From contig PKTW01000022.1 of the NCBI GenBank assembly GCA_002868955.1, positions 1-59,245 of the forward strand: 59,245 nucleotides of DNA. Reading direction: 5' to 3'. The first letter of the stretch is position 1. Each line of letters opens with the position of its first letter. Origin of the DNA: Desulfobulbaceae bacterium (GTDB taxonomy: Bacteria > Desulfobacterota > Desulfobulbia > Desulfobulbales > BM004). Positions 36,660 to 47,161 of the stretch are shown piece by piece. The notes beneath the pieces are model-generated. The model was not told where the DNA came from and did no database searches. It worked only from the letters and a program-made list of their open reading frames with translations. A program made the position numbers and the translations under genes.

Positions 36660-37328
36660 ATGCAAACGAACAATATATGCAAGACAACCTGCCTGGCAGT
36701 ATTAGTTTCAATTATCTGTGTTTCCTGTGCACCTCCTCAAACAAAAACAGGTAAAGGTGCAGCTTATGGTGCGGCTGGCGGAGCGGTTGCGGGCGCCATC
36801 ATCGGCCAGGCAGCAGGCAGGGATACGCAATCAACTCTTGCCGGGGCGGCAATTGGTGCGGCTGCAGGCGGCCTTGCCGGTGCCGGTGTTGGCAAGATGA
36901 TGGATGATCAGGAGCGTGACATGCGTGATGCCTTAGCTGCTTCTGATGCAGCTGCCGTTCGCCGCGAAGGTGACCTGCTCGCTATCTCTCTCAAAGGGGA
37001 TGTTACCTTTGACCATGATTCCGCTACAGTACGTCCGGGCCTTTATTCAGAAATTGACCGTATTGCCAATGTGCTCATCAAGTATCCTCAGACTGTCATC
37101 CGGGTTGAGGGTCATACGGACAGTACGGGCAGTGAGAGTTATAACATGAACCTCTCGCAAAGAAGGGCCGATGCAGTGAAGAACCTTATTGTGCAGCGCG
37201 GCCTGTCCACTGCACGTATTGAGACAATGGCGTATGGTGAAACCATGCCGGTTGCAGACAATAGTACTGAAACAGGAAGAGCGATGAATCGCCGTGTTGA
37301 GATTAAGGTAGCCCCTACCCAATATTAA
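36660..37328 (+). CDS. OmpA-family lipoprotein with glycine-zipper region
   Basis: Lipobox VSC, a Gly/Ala zipper (GAAGGAVAGAIIG) and an OmpA-C domain (GHTDSTGSESYN..LS.RRA, NRRVEI). Confidence 0.88.
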   Translation: MQTNNICKTTCLAVLVSIICVSCAPPQTKTGKGAAYGAAGGAVAGAIIGQAAGRDTQSTLAGAAIGAAAGGLAGAGVGKMMDDQERDMRDALAASDAAAVRREGDLLAISLKGDVTFDHDSATVRPGLYSEIDRIANVLIKYPQTVIRVEGHTDSTGSESYNMNLSQRRADAVKNLIVQRGLSTARIETMAYGETMPVADNSTETGRAMNRRVEIKVAPTQY

Positions 37329-37362
37329 TTTTGCTATTGGAAATACCCCTACTTCATTTGTC

Positions 37363-37408
37363 AGAGTCCTTTCGGCGATGGTTATCCAAGCCGAAAGGAC
37401 TCTTCTTT
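37363..37408 (+). terminator. rho-independent terminator after the ompA-family gene
   Basis: A perfect 14-bp stem agagtcctttcggc / gccgaaaggactct encloses a 13-nt loop, followed by tcttt. Confidence 0.7.
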
Positions 37409-37505
37409 GAACCTGTGAATATTTTCAACAGCGATAAGAGTGATAATCTCGGGACAGGTTTCAAATCTGTTACATTCCCATTGAGAAAATCTGTGCGGAA
37501 TATGT

Positions 37506-37973
37506 TTACTTGTGGTACTTCTCTCCTGCCTTTATTGTACAGGCCCGGTAAAGCTGTTCCATCAAGAGCAGGCGGGCCATCTCGTGGGTAAAAGTCATAG
37601 CTGACAAGGCAAGTACAAGGTCAGCCTTAGCAAGGATCGCAGAAGATAATCCCAAGGGACCGCCGATAATAAACGTGATTTTCTTCCGGCCCTGCATTTC
37701 CCAGGCTTCAACCAGGGCAGCCAGTTCCAATGAATCCATCTGTTTTCCGGTCCGATCCAGACAGACCAGATAGGCGCCGTGGGCATTTTGCAGCAGTATC
37801 TCGCTTTCCTTTTCAATCAGAACGGCTTCAGACTCCCCCTTTTTAATTTTTTGCTCTTTCAGGGTTTTAATATCAGTAGCTATATAACGTGCCAACCGCT
37901 TGGCATACTCTGCAATCCCTGCGGCCAGGTAGGCTTCTTTTGTTTTGCCTAAAAAGAGAAATTCAAAACGCAA
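37506..37973 (-). CDS. rlmH: 23S rRNA (pseudouridine1915-N3)-methyltransferase RlmH
   Basis: 155 aa, collinear with E. coli RlmH (FIIGGPLGLS..., LSAMTFTHEMARLLLMEQLYRA). Confidence 0.9.
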   Translation of the reverse strand: MRFEFLFLGKTKEAYLAAGIAEYAKRLARYIATDIKTLKEQKIKKGESEAVLIEKESEILLQNAHGAYLVCLDRTGKQMDSLELAALVEAWEMQGRKKITFIIGGPLGLSSAILAKADLVLALSAMTFTHEMARLLLMEQLYRACTIKAGEKYHK

Positions 37974-37994
37974 ACCGGTTCATCCTCTGTTCTT

Positions 37995-38381
37995 TTAGGG
38001 GAGTCTGAGCAGAACAGAGAACTTTCTGCAGAATTCAGCATAGCTGAGTTCCCTGTTGATTCCGGGACAGGATTCCTTGATAATTTCAAAATTATCCTGC
38101 GTCTCAAGAATGCTGGGATGCAGGGGCCACTGGGTGCAGCGCCACGGTTTGCCGGCATGAATAGTGCAGCCGTTATCATAGAATATGCAGTGTCCATCCA
38201 CCGTCCGCATCTGGATAGTATTGCCGTTTTGGCGCCAAAAATCCCGGGTGACCTCCTCCCGTTGCTTGCCAAGGTGCTTAATCATTCTCTTCTGGTCGTT
38301 TTCATCAAGTGAAACCGTGGTTTCACCCTGGCAGCAATAACCGCACTGTTGGCAGATAAATATATCTGAGATTTTAACCAT
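37995..38381 (-). CDS. YkgJ-family cysteine-cluster protein (UPF0153)
   Basis: I chose the ATG at 38381. It carries CQQCGYCCQGE and a C-terminal Cys/His-rich part. Confidence 0.75.
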   Translation of the reverse strand: MVKISDIFICQQCGYCCQGETTVSLDENDQKRMIKHLGKQREEVTRDFWRQNGNTIQMRTVDGHCIFYDNGCTIHAGKPWRCTQWPLHPSILETQDNFEIIKESCPGINRELSYAEFCRKFSVLLRLP

Positions 38382-38511
38382 ACAATTAACCTGAAAATTT
38401 ATGATCACTCAAAAAAATCATATCCTGCATACAATCGGTTAAAACCGATTACTATTTTGTATACTGCCATTTTACTCCCTCAAGTACCACAGAAATGACT
38501 GAAAACGGCAA

Positions 38512-39966
38512 TTAACCCTTAATAACCCCAAGCGGACGCAGCCTGGCAACCTTGCGGGCAAGACCCGCTTCATGGACAACCCGTACCACATCTTCCACAT
38601 CCTTATAAGCCTGGGGAATTTCTTCAATAAGGGTTGCACGACCTGCCCCTCTAACGGTCACGCCTATTTTCGCAAGCTCAGCAGTAACATCATGCCCTTT
38701 GGCGGCCTTTTTTGCAGCATGACGGCTCATTAACCTGCCGGCTCCGTGACAGGTTGACCCGAAGGTCTCCTTCAGAGCTCTGTCTGTACCGACAAGGACA
38801 TACGAATAGCGTCCCATGTCACCAGGAATCAACACTGGCTGGCCGGTTTCCTTATATGCTGCAGGCACCTTGGGGTGATGGGCAGGAAAGGCCCGGGTGG
38901 CTCCTTTGCGGTGCACAACGACTTCACGTTGTTTACCATCAACCGCATGGGTTTCAAACTTTGCAATATTGTGACAGACATCGTAAACCAGCTGCAGGCC
39001 CATTTTTTGTACACCAAGGCCGAATACCTGTTCAAAGGTGCGCCTGACCTCTTCGGTTATAAGCTGCCTGTTGGCAAAGGCAAAATTGGCTGCAGAAGCC
39101 ATGGCTGCCAGGTACTGCCTGCCCTCGCTCGAGTGGACCGGTGCGCAGCATAATTCCCTGTCCGGCAGGTCAAAGTTGAATTTTCGGGAAGCATTCTGCA
39201 GGAGACGAATGTTATCACCACATACCTGGTGTCCAAGACCCCGTGAGCCCGTATGGATGATTATGGTAACCTGTCCTTTGAAAAGACCTATGCCCTTGGC
39301 AAGTTTTTCCTCAAAAATCTGATCAACAAAGCCAATTTCAACAAAATGATTACCGGAGCCCAGGGTGCCGAGCTGAGCCTGACCACGGTCCAGGGCCCGC
39401 TCGGAAACCGCTTCGGGGTCCGCCCAATCGAGACAGCCGGACTCTTCAATGTGCAGCAAATCATCCTGTGAACCAAAGCCATTTCTTACAGCCCATCGCG
39501 CCCCTGTTGCCAGAACTTTCTTCAGTTCTTTTTTATTCAGTTTCAGGTTCGGCTGTCTGGATCCGACACCGGAAGGAATGTTGTGAAACAGACTGTTGAC
39601 AAGGTTTACAATCTCGTCTTTAATTTCATCCTTTACAAGTGATGAGCGCAAAAGGCGCACACCACAATTGATATCGTATCCAACCCCTCCCGGGGAAACA
39701 ACACCCTCGTCAGGATCAAAAGCGGCAACGCCTCCTATGGGGAACCCATACCCCTGGTGCATATCAGGCATTGCCAAACTTCGGCCGACAATCCCCGGAA
39801 GCCAGGCAACATTGGCAACCTGCGTGATGCTTTTGTCATTTTTAACGTGCTCAAGGAGCTTCCTGTCCAAAAAGAGCATGCCGTCAGTACGCATTTTTCC
39901 CTGTCGCGGTAAAAGCCAGCGATACTGATCTATCTGCCTGAGATTATGGATGGTCAATTCCTGCAT
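38512..39966 (-). CDS. rtcB: RNA 3'-phosphate ligase RtcB
   Basis: RtcB motifs are PDMHQGYGFPIGG, GYDINCG, GSGNHF, HTGSRGLGHQ and CHGAGR. Start is uncertain: ATG at 39966 or TTG at 39981. Confidence 0.93.
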   Translation of the reverse strand: MQELTIHNLRQIDQYRWLLPRQGKMRTDGMLFLDRKLLEHVKNDKSITQVANVAWLPGIVGRSLAMPDMHQGYGFPIGGVAAFDPDEGVVSPGGVGYDINCGVRLLRSSLVKDEIKDEIVNLVNSLFHNIPSGVGSRQPNLKLNKKELKKVLATGARWAVRNGFGSQDDLLHIEESGCLDWADPEAVSERALDRGQAQLGTLGSGNHFVEIGFVDQIFEEKLAKGIGLFKGQVTIIIHTGSRGLGHQVCGDNIRLLQNASRKFNFDLPDRELCCAPVHSSEGRQYLAAMASAANFAFANRQLITEEVRRTFEQVFGLGVQKMGLQLVYDVCHNIAKFETHAVDGKQREVVVHRKGATRAFPAHHPKVPAAYKETGQPVLIPGDMGRYSYVLVGTDRALKETFGSTCHGAGRLMSRHAAKKAAKGHDVTAELAKIGVTVRGAGRATLIEEIPQAYKDVEDVVRVVHEAGLARKVARLRPLGVIKG

Positions 39967-40043
39967 GGTGCCTCTGCTCAATATATAATGTTATCGCAAA
40001 AAAATATCGCAGTCAGTAAAGGGTTTAAGTATTGCTTACATGT

Positions 40044-40472
40044 CTAGATATCCAAGAATATCCGGGCGATCCATGAATCGTTTTTTCTGCCGATAAAAAG
40101 TTGATGGTATGTGACCGCTTTTACACCAAGCAGTTCCTGGTCACCGGCATCATTAAATTTTTGCAGCCATGCCTTGGCCCGAACCTTGTCTGCACTGATA
40201 CTCTCAATCTCGATACCTGTACAGACCAGTCCTTTTGCATCATAGAGATAAAGGAATTCTTCCAGAAAATTGACCAGGAGTTCTTCCAAATCATTTCCAG
40301 CAACTTCAAGGGTCACAGGCTCGTTTTGCTGGCGGGCACCTATCTGCCACATAATGTTGAAAAAAGCCTTGGCGGCAGACTCAAAGACTTGTTTTTTTGT
40401 GTTGCCCCAGACTTCAAAACCGGTATCAGCAGTATGTTCAATGATACGGTATAATCGGGGTGTCATAAGCAT
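40044..40472 (-). CDS. archease (RtcB activator family)
   Basis: Contains YRIIEHTADTGFEVWG, AVTYHQL, and a C-terminus typical of archease. The start is uncertain among 40472, 40466 and 40535. Confidence 0.82.
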   Translation of the reverse strand: MLMTPRLYRIIEHTADTGFEVWGNTKKQVFESAAKAFFNIMWQIGARQQNEPVTLEVAGNDLEELLVNFLEEFLYLYDAKGLVCTGIEIESISADKVRAKAWLQKFNDAGDQELLGVKAVTYHQLFIGRKNDSWIARIFLDI

Positions 40473-40553
40473 ATATCCCAAGACGGGTTTTGCATGGGCA
40501 GCAGCATTGCTTTTGCGCGCTAGAGGCTCAAGCAACCTTGCAGATTTGCCAGA

Positions 40554-41105
40554 TCAAGCGTTTCCAACTACATCGCCATAAGTGGTAATGTCAATGCCAA
40601 ATTTCTGGGCTGCGACTTTCCACTTTATAGAATCGGGTGTATTGAAAATAACATCATCCTCGGCAGGAAGGGTCAACCAACCGTTATCAGTTAATTCTTT
40701 CTCAAGCTGGCCCGCCCCCCAACCTGCATACCCAAGGAGAAAGAGATATTTGCAGGGGCCTGTATTACGTGCAATATCCTGTAAAATAACCGGGTCGCTT
40801 GACAGGCACACGGTTGCACTTACCTGCATCTGGTTTGGGGCGTTATACTCTGCAGTATACAAAATAAAGCCGGAACCCATTTCAACCGGCCCCCCCAAGT
40901 AAACAGGGGGGAGTTCAAAGGCAGGCACTGGGATATCGGCGCTTTTTAATATCTCATCGAGTCGAACATCCGGAAGGGGGTTGTTGACCACCAGGCCAAT
41001 GGCGCCCTCTTCCGTGTGACCGCACATAAATATAAGTTTCTCCCGAAAGCGCGGGTCGGGCATCTTTGCAGTGGATATAAGAAAATTTCCTTGTAAACTT
41101 TCCAT
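40554..41105 (-). CDS. YqgE/AlgH family protein (UPF0301)
   Basis: 183 aa with LQGNFLISTAKMPDPRF and GAIGLVVN. Confidence 0.88.
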   Translation of the reverse strand: MESLQGNFLISTAKMPDPRFREKLIFMCGHTEEGAIGLVVNNPLPDVRLDEILKSADIPVPAFELPPVYLGGPVEMGSGFILYTAEYNAPNQMQVSATVCLSSDPVILQDIARNTGPCKYLFLLGYAGWGAGQLEKELTDNGWLTLPAEDDVIFNTPDSIKWKVAAQKFGIDITTYGDVVGNA

Positions 41106-41330
41106 GTCATTTTACTCTCTTTCAATTTTCAGCAGTACAGGATCTTTCACCAAGCTACCATGACAGCTTCAAATTGAAAAGCAGGAGGAGGTATTTCCAG
41201 TAACTTCTCGCATAAAATGCTTGTTGTATGGTATTAATATTATATATAGTATTTGAATATCGTTCAGAAAAACAAATATAGCCGCAAATTATACATGTTC
41301 CTTTTATTATAATTTGTCCGAAAAAGAGAA

Positions 41331-43532
41331 ATGTCAAATTATATCAGCGACCAGATTGACCGAGTTATAGCTTCTGACCACCATGACCCATATCAGGTTT
41401 TGGGGCTCCACTTTATTGACCAGAAGCCACGGACTGCATTGGTGCGGACCTTCCAGCCCCACGCCGAGTCTGTCCAGATCGTCATTAATGACGAAAAACA
41501 ATATATGAATAAAATGCGGGATGAGGGCCTCTATGAAATAGAACTGCCAGAGTTCCCCGAACCCTTTGCATACCATTTTGCAATTCACTACAGCGACAAA
41601 ACAGTTCATAGCACTGAAGATCCTTACCGTTTCCTGCCGCAGTTAGGTGATATGGACCGCTACCTTTTTAACAGCGGTACCCACTATAAACTCTATGATA
41701 AGCTTGGCGCCCATGGTGTGACCATAGATGCTATTGAAGGTACTATATTCAGGGTATGGGCCCCTGGAGCCCGCAGAGTCAGCGTCATTGGCAATTTTAA
41801 TTCCTGGGACGGCCGGGTGCACCAGATGCGCAGCCTTGAGAATTCCGGCATCTGGGAGATTTTTATCCCGGGAATTACGGAACACGAACTATACAAATTT
41901 GAGATCAGGACCCAATACAGGGATTTGCTGATCAAGTCCGACCCGTTTCAGTTTTACGGGGAGCTTCGGCCCAAAACCGCCTCCATAGTATGTTCATTGG
42001 ATCATTATTCCTGGAATGACAGCGAATGGCTTGCAAAACGGGGAAGCAATAAACCCTATGATCAACCCATCTCAATATATGAGGTGCATCTCGGTTCCTG
42101 GCGCCGGGACCCGGGCGACCCGGAACGCTTCCTGACCTACAGGGAGGCAGCGGACCTGCTTATTCCATACGTCAAGGAAATGGGGTTTACCCACATTGAA
42201 CTGATGCCTGTCATGGAGCATCCCCTGGACGAATCCTGGGGCTACCAGGTAACGGCCTATTACAGTGTTACCAGCAGATATGGCACCCCGGATGAATTCA
42301 TGTACCTTGTCGATCTCTGCCATCAAAACGATATCGGTGTTATTCTTGACTGGGTACCGGCACATTTCCCTGCAGACGCTCATAGCCTTGCCCGTTTTGA
42401 CGGCACTGCCCTATATGAACATGAGGATCCCCGTCAGGGCTCCCAGCCGGAGTGGGGCACCCTGGTTTTCAATTACGGCAGGAAAGAAGTCAGTAATTTC
42501 CTTATTGCCAACGCCCTGTTCTGGTTTGACAAGTTTCATATAGACGGCTTGCGGGTCGATGCTGTTGCTTCCATGATCTATCTTGATTATTCACGCAAGG
42601 AGGGTGAATGGATCCCCAACTGTTACGGCGGCAAAGAGAATATTGATGCCATTGAGTTTCTGCGCCATCTCAATAGCATCATTTATGATCATTATCCAAA
42701 CGTTATGATGATTGCCGAAGAGTCCACCAGTTTTTTCGGTGTATCAAAAGCGGCAGATGCGGGTGGCCTTGGTTTTGGTTTCAAATGGAACATGGGCTGG
42801 ATGAATGATACCCTAAATTATATCAGTAAGGATCCCCTGTACAGAAAGTTTCATCACAATGCCCTCACCTTTTCTTTGTATTATGCCTTTTCAGAAAATT
42901 TTATTCTCTCCATCTCCCATGATGAAGTCGTGCACGGCAAGCGTTCACTGCTGGGAAAAATGCCCGGGGACCTGTGGCAGCAGTTTGCCAACCTTCGCCT
43001 CTTTTTTCTTATTCAGTGGTGCCATCCTGGTAAAAAGCTGATATTCATGGGCAGTGAATTCGGCCAGTGGTCAGAATGGTATTGCAAGACAAGTCTTGAC
43101 TGGCATTTACCTGAACATGACGCCCGGCATAAACAGCTGCAGGATTTTGTCCGGGCACTGAATACATTGTACCTCGACAATCCTTCCCTGTGGCAGGTTG
43201 ATTTCTCCTATGAGGGTTTTAGATGGCTCGATTTCAATGATGTGGACAATTCAGTGATCGGTTTTGCCCGTATTGGTTTTGAGCATGACGACCACCTTGT
43301 CTGTGTGTTCAATTTTACACCACAGGTTATATACAATTATAAAATGGGGGTTCCTGCAGGGGTATCATATCAGGAAATTTTCAATTCAGACTCACATACC
43401 TATGGCGGCACCAATGTCCTGAACATCAACCAGCTGGATTCTATTGATGAACCGTTTGGTTTTGCTCCCTATCATGTTAAGTTAAACCTGCCGCCGCTGG
43501 GCGGTATTATATTAAAGCCGCTTTATAAATGA
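41331..43532 (+). CDS. glgB: 1,4-alpha-glucan branching enzyme
   Basis: 733 aa with GH13 regions (DWVPAHF, GLRVDAVASM, AEESTSF, SHDEVVHGK). Confidence 0.95.
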   Translation: MSNYISDQIDRVIASDHHDPYQVLGLHFIDQKPRTALVRTFQPHAESVQIVINDEKQYMNKMRDEGLYEIELPEFPEPFAYHFAIHYSDKTVHSTEDPYRFLPQLGDMDRYLFNSGTHYKLYDKLGAHGVTIDAIEGTIFRVWAPGARRVSVIGNFNSWDGRVHQMRSLENSGIWEIFIPGITEHELYKFEIRTQYRDLLIKSDPFQFYGELRPKTASIVCSLDHYSWNDSEWLAKRGSNKPYDQPISIYEVHLGSWRRDPGDPERFLTYREAADLLIPYVKEMGFTHIELMPVMEHPLDESWGYQVTAYYSVTSRYGTPDEFMYLVDLCHQNDIGVILDWVPAHFPADAHSLARFDGTALYEHEDPRQGSQPEWGTLVFNYGRKEVSNFLIANALFWFDKFHIDGLRVDAVASMIYLDYSRKEGEWIPNCYGGKENIDAIEFLRHLNSIIYDHYPNVMMIAEESTSFFGVSKAADAGGLGFGFKWNMGWMNDTLNYISKDPLYRKFHHNALTFSLYYAFSENFILSISHDEVVHGKRSLLGKMPGDLWQQFANLRLFFLIQWCHPGKKLIFMGSEFGQWSEWYCKTSLDWHLPEHDARHKQLQDFVRALNTLYLDNPSLWQVDFSYEGFRWLDFNDVDNSVIGFARIGFEHDDHLVCVFNFTPQVIYNYKMGVPAGVSYQEIFNSDSHTYGGTNVLNINQLDSIDEPFGFAPYHVKLNLPPLGGIILKPLYK

Positions 43533-43574
43533 GCCGCTGCCGTATCTCTATATAATTTAAATGGGAGAGTGCGC

Positions 43575-43775
43575 ATGTCCTCAGCAGACGAAATACTGCC
43601 ATCCGGTGAAAAGATGAAAAAGACGTTGTGCTGGATCAGTGAAATGATTCAATCCCACCCGGAAAAAAGCAGGCAGCAGATAATCAGTGAGGCTGAAATA
43701 CGTTTTGATCTGTCTCCGAAAGAGTGTGATTTTGTTGACCGCAATCTGCAGGATAAAATTTGCGGGTGTAACTAG
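43575..43775 (+). CDS. hypothetical small protein
   Basis: 66 aa from the ATG at 43575, behind GGGAGAG. It lies 40 nt after glgB. No family recognised. Confidence 0.45.
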   Translation: MSSADEILPSGEKMKKTLCWISEMIQSHPEKSRQQIISEAEIRFDLSPKECDFVDRNLQDKICGCN

Positions 43776-44023
43776 ATGCAATCTTCCAGTATACAAGAGG
43801 CCGCCTCCCCGGTTTGACAAAACGGATCTCGTTCCTTCCTCCCGGCTGTTTTCACAAAATCTTTTCTGGTTTTTTCCTTTGTTATCTGGTATATAGAATT
43901 ATCACCTTTCATCCTGGTCACAGTATTTTTGCTGCCAACTCAAAGTGGAGGGCTTTCAATGCTTTCCCAGGATCCTGTCACTGATTCACGAGTCCTTTCC
44001 ACTTCTATTGCAAGAGGTTCTTT

Positions 44024-44347
44024 ATGGAAAAAGATCTGTTGCAAGCCGTAATCAAAGTCGAATCAGCAATTCAGCAATCCATCGAATCCGAAAGAAAAAA
44101 AGCCGCGGAATGGCTGGAGTCTGTCCGTGTTTCACTGAGCCAGGAACTTGAAGCCAAAAAGCAGCAATTGGAAGAGGAGTATACCCGATCCCTTGAGTCA
44201 ACGTGCATGGCATGCGAAATAAAGGCCCAAAAAGAAGTTACAGATGTAAATGAGATGGTAGAAAACCTGCAAAATATTACGGATGATATACTACAGGATA
44301 TTGTACGAGTATTTCTGCAGGACATCCTGCCAGCAGAAAAGCGGTGA
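44024..44347 (+). CDS. V-type ATPase small coiled-coil subunit (G/H-like)
   Basis: 107-aa Glu/Lys/Gln-rich helical protein, the first gene of the V-ATPase operon. Confidence 0.6.
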   Translation: MEKDLLQAVIKVESAIQQSIESERKKAAEWLESVRVSLSQELEAKKQQLEEEYTRSLESTCMACEIKAQKEVTDVNEMVENLQNITDDILQDIVRVFLQDILPAEKR

Positions 44348-44366
44348 AAGCACAGTGATCGTCAAG

Positions 44367-46316
44367 ATGTCAAAAGTTGAAATTGTCGGCCCCCGTAAAC
44401 TGTTGGGGGAAACGCTTTCACTGGTTCGCAAAAAGGGAAATCTGCATATAGAGCCCTCTGCTGTTGGTTTTGTTGATGACATCCATAAGCCGGTGGTCCA
44501 TGCGCTGCTGCCTGACGAAAAATCTCTTTTTGAAAAGATTTTTCTGGAAGAATTTGAAACCAAGATGAACAATCTGTTTGCCTGCCTGCCTGATGAAATA
44601 ATCCGGGAAAGTTTTCTCGCTCCCCGGCCAATCATTGATACTGTCAGCCGAACCCTTGACAGACATCTTGCATTGTGCCGGTCTTTATGTGAGAAGCGGG
44701 ATGCTCTTCAGCAGGATCTTCTGGATTTGAGCCGATACAAAAGCTTTTTGGCCACCGTCTCAACTCTGTTGGATAAAATTCAGCTGACCCCGGATCTCGA
44801 TTATATAGGGATTACCCTTAAGAACGAGAAATCAGTGGATGTGTTGAGAGACAGTCTGAATTGCCTTGATGATGCATCCTGTGAACTTCTCACTGTACCC
44901 TCGGAGGATGGGACACTGGTTGGGCTTATAGCTGCAACCAAAGATATTTCTGCAACAATCCGTTCTCTTTTAAGCCAAAAGCAGATGCCTGAGTTCACCT
45001 TTCCTGAATCGATCAAAAACATGACCTTTGTCAGAAAGGTGGAATATCTGCAAAAAAAAATACAGGAAAGCGAGGCAGCCCTTCAGGCAGTTGATGCCGA
45101 GCTTGCTGAATTTACCAAGCGTTGGGGCCCAATGTATAAAGCTGCACTTGACTGGGTCCGTGAACAGCTTTCCGTTATACAGGCCTCGGCTTTTTCCTTT
45201 GAGACAACAATGTGTTTTTTTATATATGGCTGGATGCCAGCAGAAAAGGTTGCTTCCCTGAGCGCCAGCCTGCAGAAGAATTTTGCCGGCAGTGTTGTCC
45301 TTGAGGAGATTGCGATCCACACCGAGGATCTTGAACGGATTCCGGTAGTCCTGCAAAACCCGCAATACTTCAAACCATTTGAAAATTTTACCAGGCTACT
45401 GCCCCTTCCCTCCTATACATCGTTTGACCCGACGCCATTCATAGGTCTTTTTTTTCCGTTGTTTTTTGGTCTGATTCTTGGCGATGCCGGATATGGACTT
45501 ATCATTCTTATCCTCTCCATCCTGACACGTCGGGTTGCCAGGGAAAATCATTTATTCCAGGACGCGATCAGTATTCTGAAAGTCTGTTCCCTGTATGCCA
45601 TTATATTCGGCATCCTGTATGGAGAATTTTTTGGAGATTTCGGTCACACGATGCTGGGAATGAAGCCGCTGTTCATTGACCGCCGGAAAAGTATTATCCC
45701 TATGCTCTATTTTGCCATGGCCATTGGCCTGGCCCATGTTACTCTGGGGCTTGCCATGGGTTTTGTCAGCGCCTTGCGACGCCATACTAAAAAAGAAGCA
45801 ATGGTGAAGCTTTTAAATATAATTTTTATATTTCTCATCGTAGGCCTGATCATCACCTTTATCGGTTTCTTCCCTGAATTGCTGATGCGACCGTTGATTA
45901 TCAGCATCCTCGTGCTCTGCCCCTTGCTCCTTTTTTCCGGTGGGCTCCTGGCCCCCCTTGAACTCCTTAAAAATATCGGCAATATCATCTCCTATGCAAG
46001 GATTATGGCCATTGGTCTTACCTCGGTTCTTTTGGCCAATGTTGCCAACCAGCTTTCAGGGCTAACAGGAGATATTATTCTGGGTTTGATAGTCGGTGGA
46101 ATCATTCATCTCATAGGCATAACAATAGGGGTTTTTTCTTCATCGATTCATTCTCTGCGTCTCCATTATGTCGAGTTTTTTGACAAGTTTATTGAACTGG
46201 GAGGCCGTAAATACAGGCCTTTTTCCTCTAATCAGAAAAAAGAAAGCACAATCAATTTATCTGGGACAGATAACAAGCAGCATAAAAAATTGAAGGGGAC
46301 CCCAAGTCAGTCATAA
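44367..46316 (+). CDS. ntpI: V-type ATPase subunit I (a-type stator/membrane subunit)
   Basis: About 650 aa. The N-terminus MSKVEIVGPRK is typical of subunit I. A cytoplasmic half is followed by a polytopic C-terminus with the conserved Arg context (SYARIMAIGL). Confidence 0.88.
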   Translation: MSKVEIVGPRKLLGETLSLVRKKGNLHIEPSAVGFVDDIHKPVVHALLPDEKSLFEKIFLEEFETKMNNLFACLPDEIIRESFLAPRPIIDTVSRTLDRHLALCRSLCEKRDALQQDLLDLSRYKSFLATVSTLLDKIQLTPDLDYIGITLKNEKSVDVLRDSLNCLDDASCELLTVPSEDGTLVGLIAATKDISATIRSLLSQKQMPEFTFPESIKNMTFVRKVEYLQKKIQESEAALQAVDAELAEFTKRWGPMYKAALDWVREQLSVIQASAFSFETTMCFFIYGWMPAEKVASLSASLQKNFAGSVVLEEIAIHTEDLERIPVVLQNPQYFKPFENFTRLLPLPSYTSFDPTPFIGLFFPLFFGLILGDAGYGLIILILSILTRRVARENHLFQDAISILKVCSLYAIIFGILYGEFFGDFGHTMLGMKPLFIDRRKSIIPMLYFAMAIGLAHVTLGLAMGFVSALRRHTKKEAMVKLLNIIFIFLIVGLIITFIGFFPELLMRPLIISILVLCPLLLFSGGLLAPLELLKNIGNIISYARIMAIGLTSVLLANVANQLSGLTGDIILGLIVGGIIHLIGITIGVFSSSIHSLRLHYVEFFDKFIELGGRKYRPFSSNQKKESTINLSGTDNKQHKKLKGTPSQS

Positions 46317-46348
46317 TGACACAAAAATGAATGTAAAGGAGGAAGAGC

Positions 46349-46564
46349 ATGGATACAATATGGATAGCATTTGCAGCAGCTCTGGCAATCGGCTTGCCTG
46401 CCATTGCCACTGCTTGGGCACAATCTAAAATTGGGGCCGCCGGTGCCGGAAGCCTGGCAGAAAAACCGGAACTTTCCGGAACTGTAATCATTTTGGTGGC
46501 AATTCCCGAAACCATGGTAATCCTCGGCTTTGTTGTAGCCGTAATCATTCTGCTCGGGGTCTGA
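46349..46564 (+). CDS. ntpK: V-type ATPase proteolipid subunit K (single-hairpin, 71 aa)
   Basis: Two TM helices, a Gly/Ala-rich helix 1, and the carboxylate in helix 2 (AIPETMVILG). Confidence 0.85.
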   Translation: MDTIWIAFAAALAIGLPAIATAWAQSKIGAAGAGSLAEKPELSGTVIILVAIPETMVILGFVVAVIILLGV

Positions 46565-46567
46565 GCC

Positions 46568-47161
46568 TTGGGTCTTGATGAACTTATAAACACTCTGAAA
46601 AAAAATGAGCAGCAGCAGATAGATGATATTTGGCAAGCAGCAAAAAATGAGGCTGAAAGTATACGCACACAGGTAGCTGAAGCAATTGCCGCCATTACAA
46701 AAAATCATGCTGATCAGCTTGCCTCTGCCTGCCAGAAATCCATGCGGGCAATTTTTTCAGAGACCGAGGTCAAGACCAGGGAGAAAAAACTCTTTGCCTA
46801 CCAGGCTCTTGATCAGGCCCTGAGAAATGCTGCCTTAAAGCAGTTAACTGCTCTGCGGAAGCATAACTACGAAAAGATATTTGCAACCCTGGTGCGTGAA
46901 TTGCCAGAAAGGCAATGGGAAAAAATTATTGTTAATCCAGCCGACGTGGAACTGGCAGCAAAATTTTTTAATGCAAACAGGATCCGGCAGGATCCGGCAG
47001 TCAGCGGAGGCTTGGTAGCCCTAACTGCAAATGACAGGATTATTGTCGACAATACGTTTAAAAAAAGGCTGGAAAGGAAATGGTTTCATATTCTTCCGCA
47101 ATTAATTGTTGAAATTGAAAAACGCTATGAGTCATCCGGGATTGCTGAAAACACTGAATGA
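46568..47161 (+). CDS. ntpE: V-type ATPase subunit E
   Basis: 197 aa with a TTG start 4 nt after the ntpK stop. It has a long N-terminal helix and a globular C-terminus, and sits at the expected operon position. Confidence 0.72.
   Translation: MGLDELINTLKKNEQQQIDDIWQAAKNEAESIRTQVAEAIAAITKNHADQLASACQKSMRAIFSETEVKTREKKLFAYQALDQALRNAALKQLTALRKHNYEKIFATLVRELPERQWEKIIVNPADVELAAKFFNANRIRQDPAVSGGLVALTANDRIIVDNTFKKRLERKWFHILPQLIVEIEKRYESSGIAENTE

Noticed and set aside
43915-43933. TGGTCAC...TTTTGCT upstream of the V-ATPase operon looked like a sigma-54 promoter.
   Set aside because: The GG to GC distance is 15 nt instead of the required 12, so the -24 and -12 elements are out of register.
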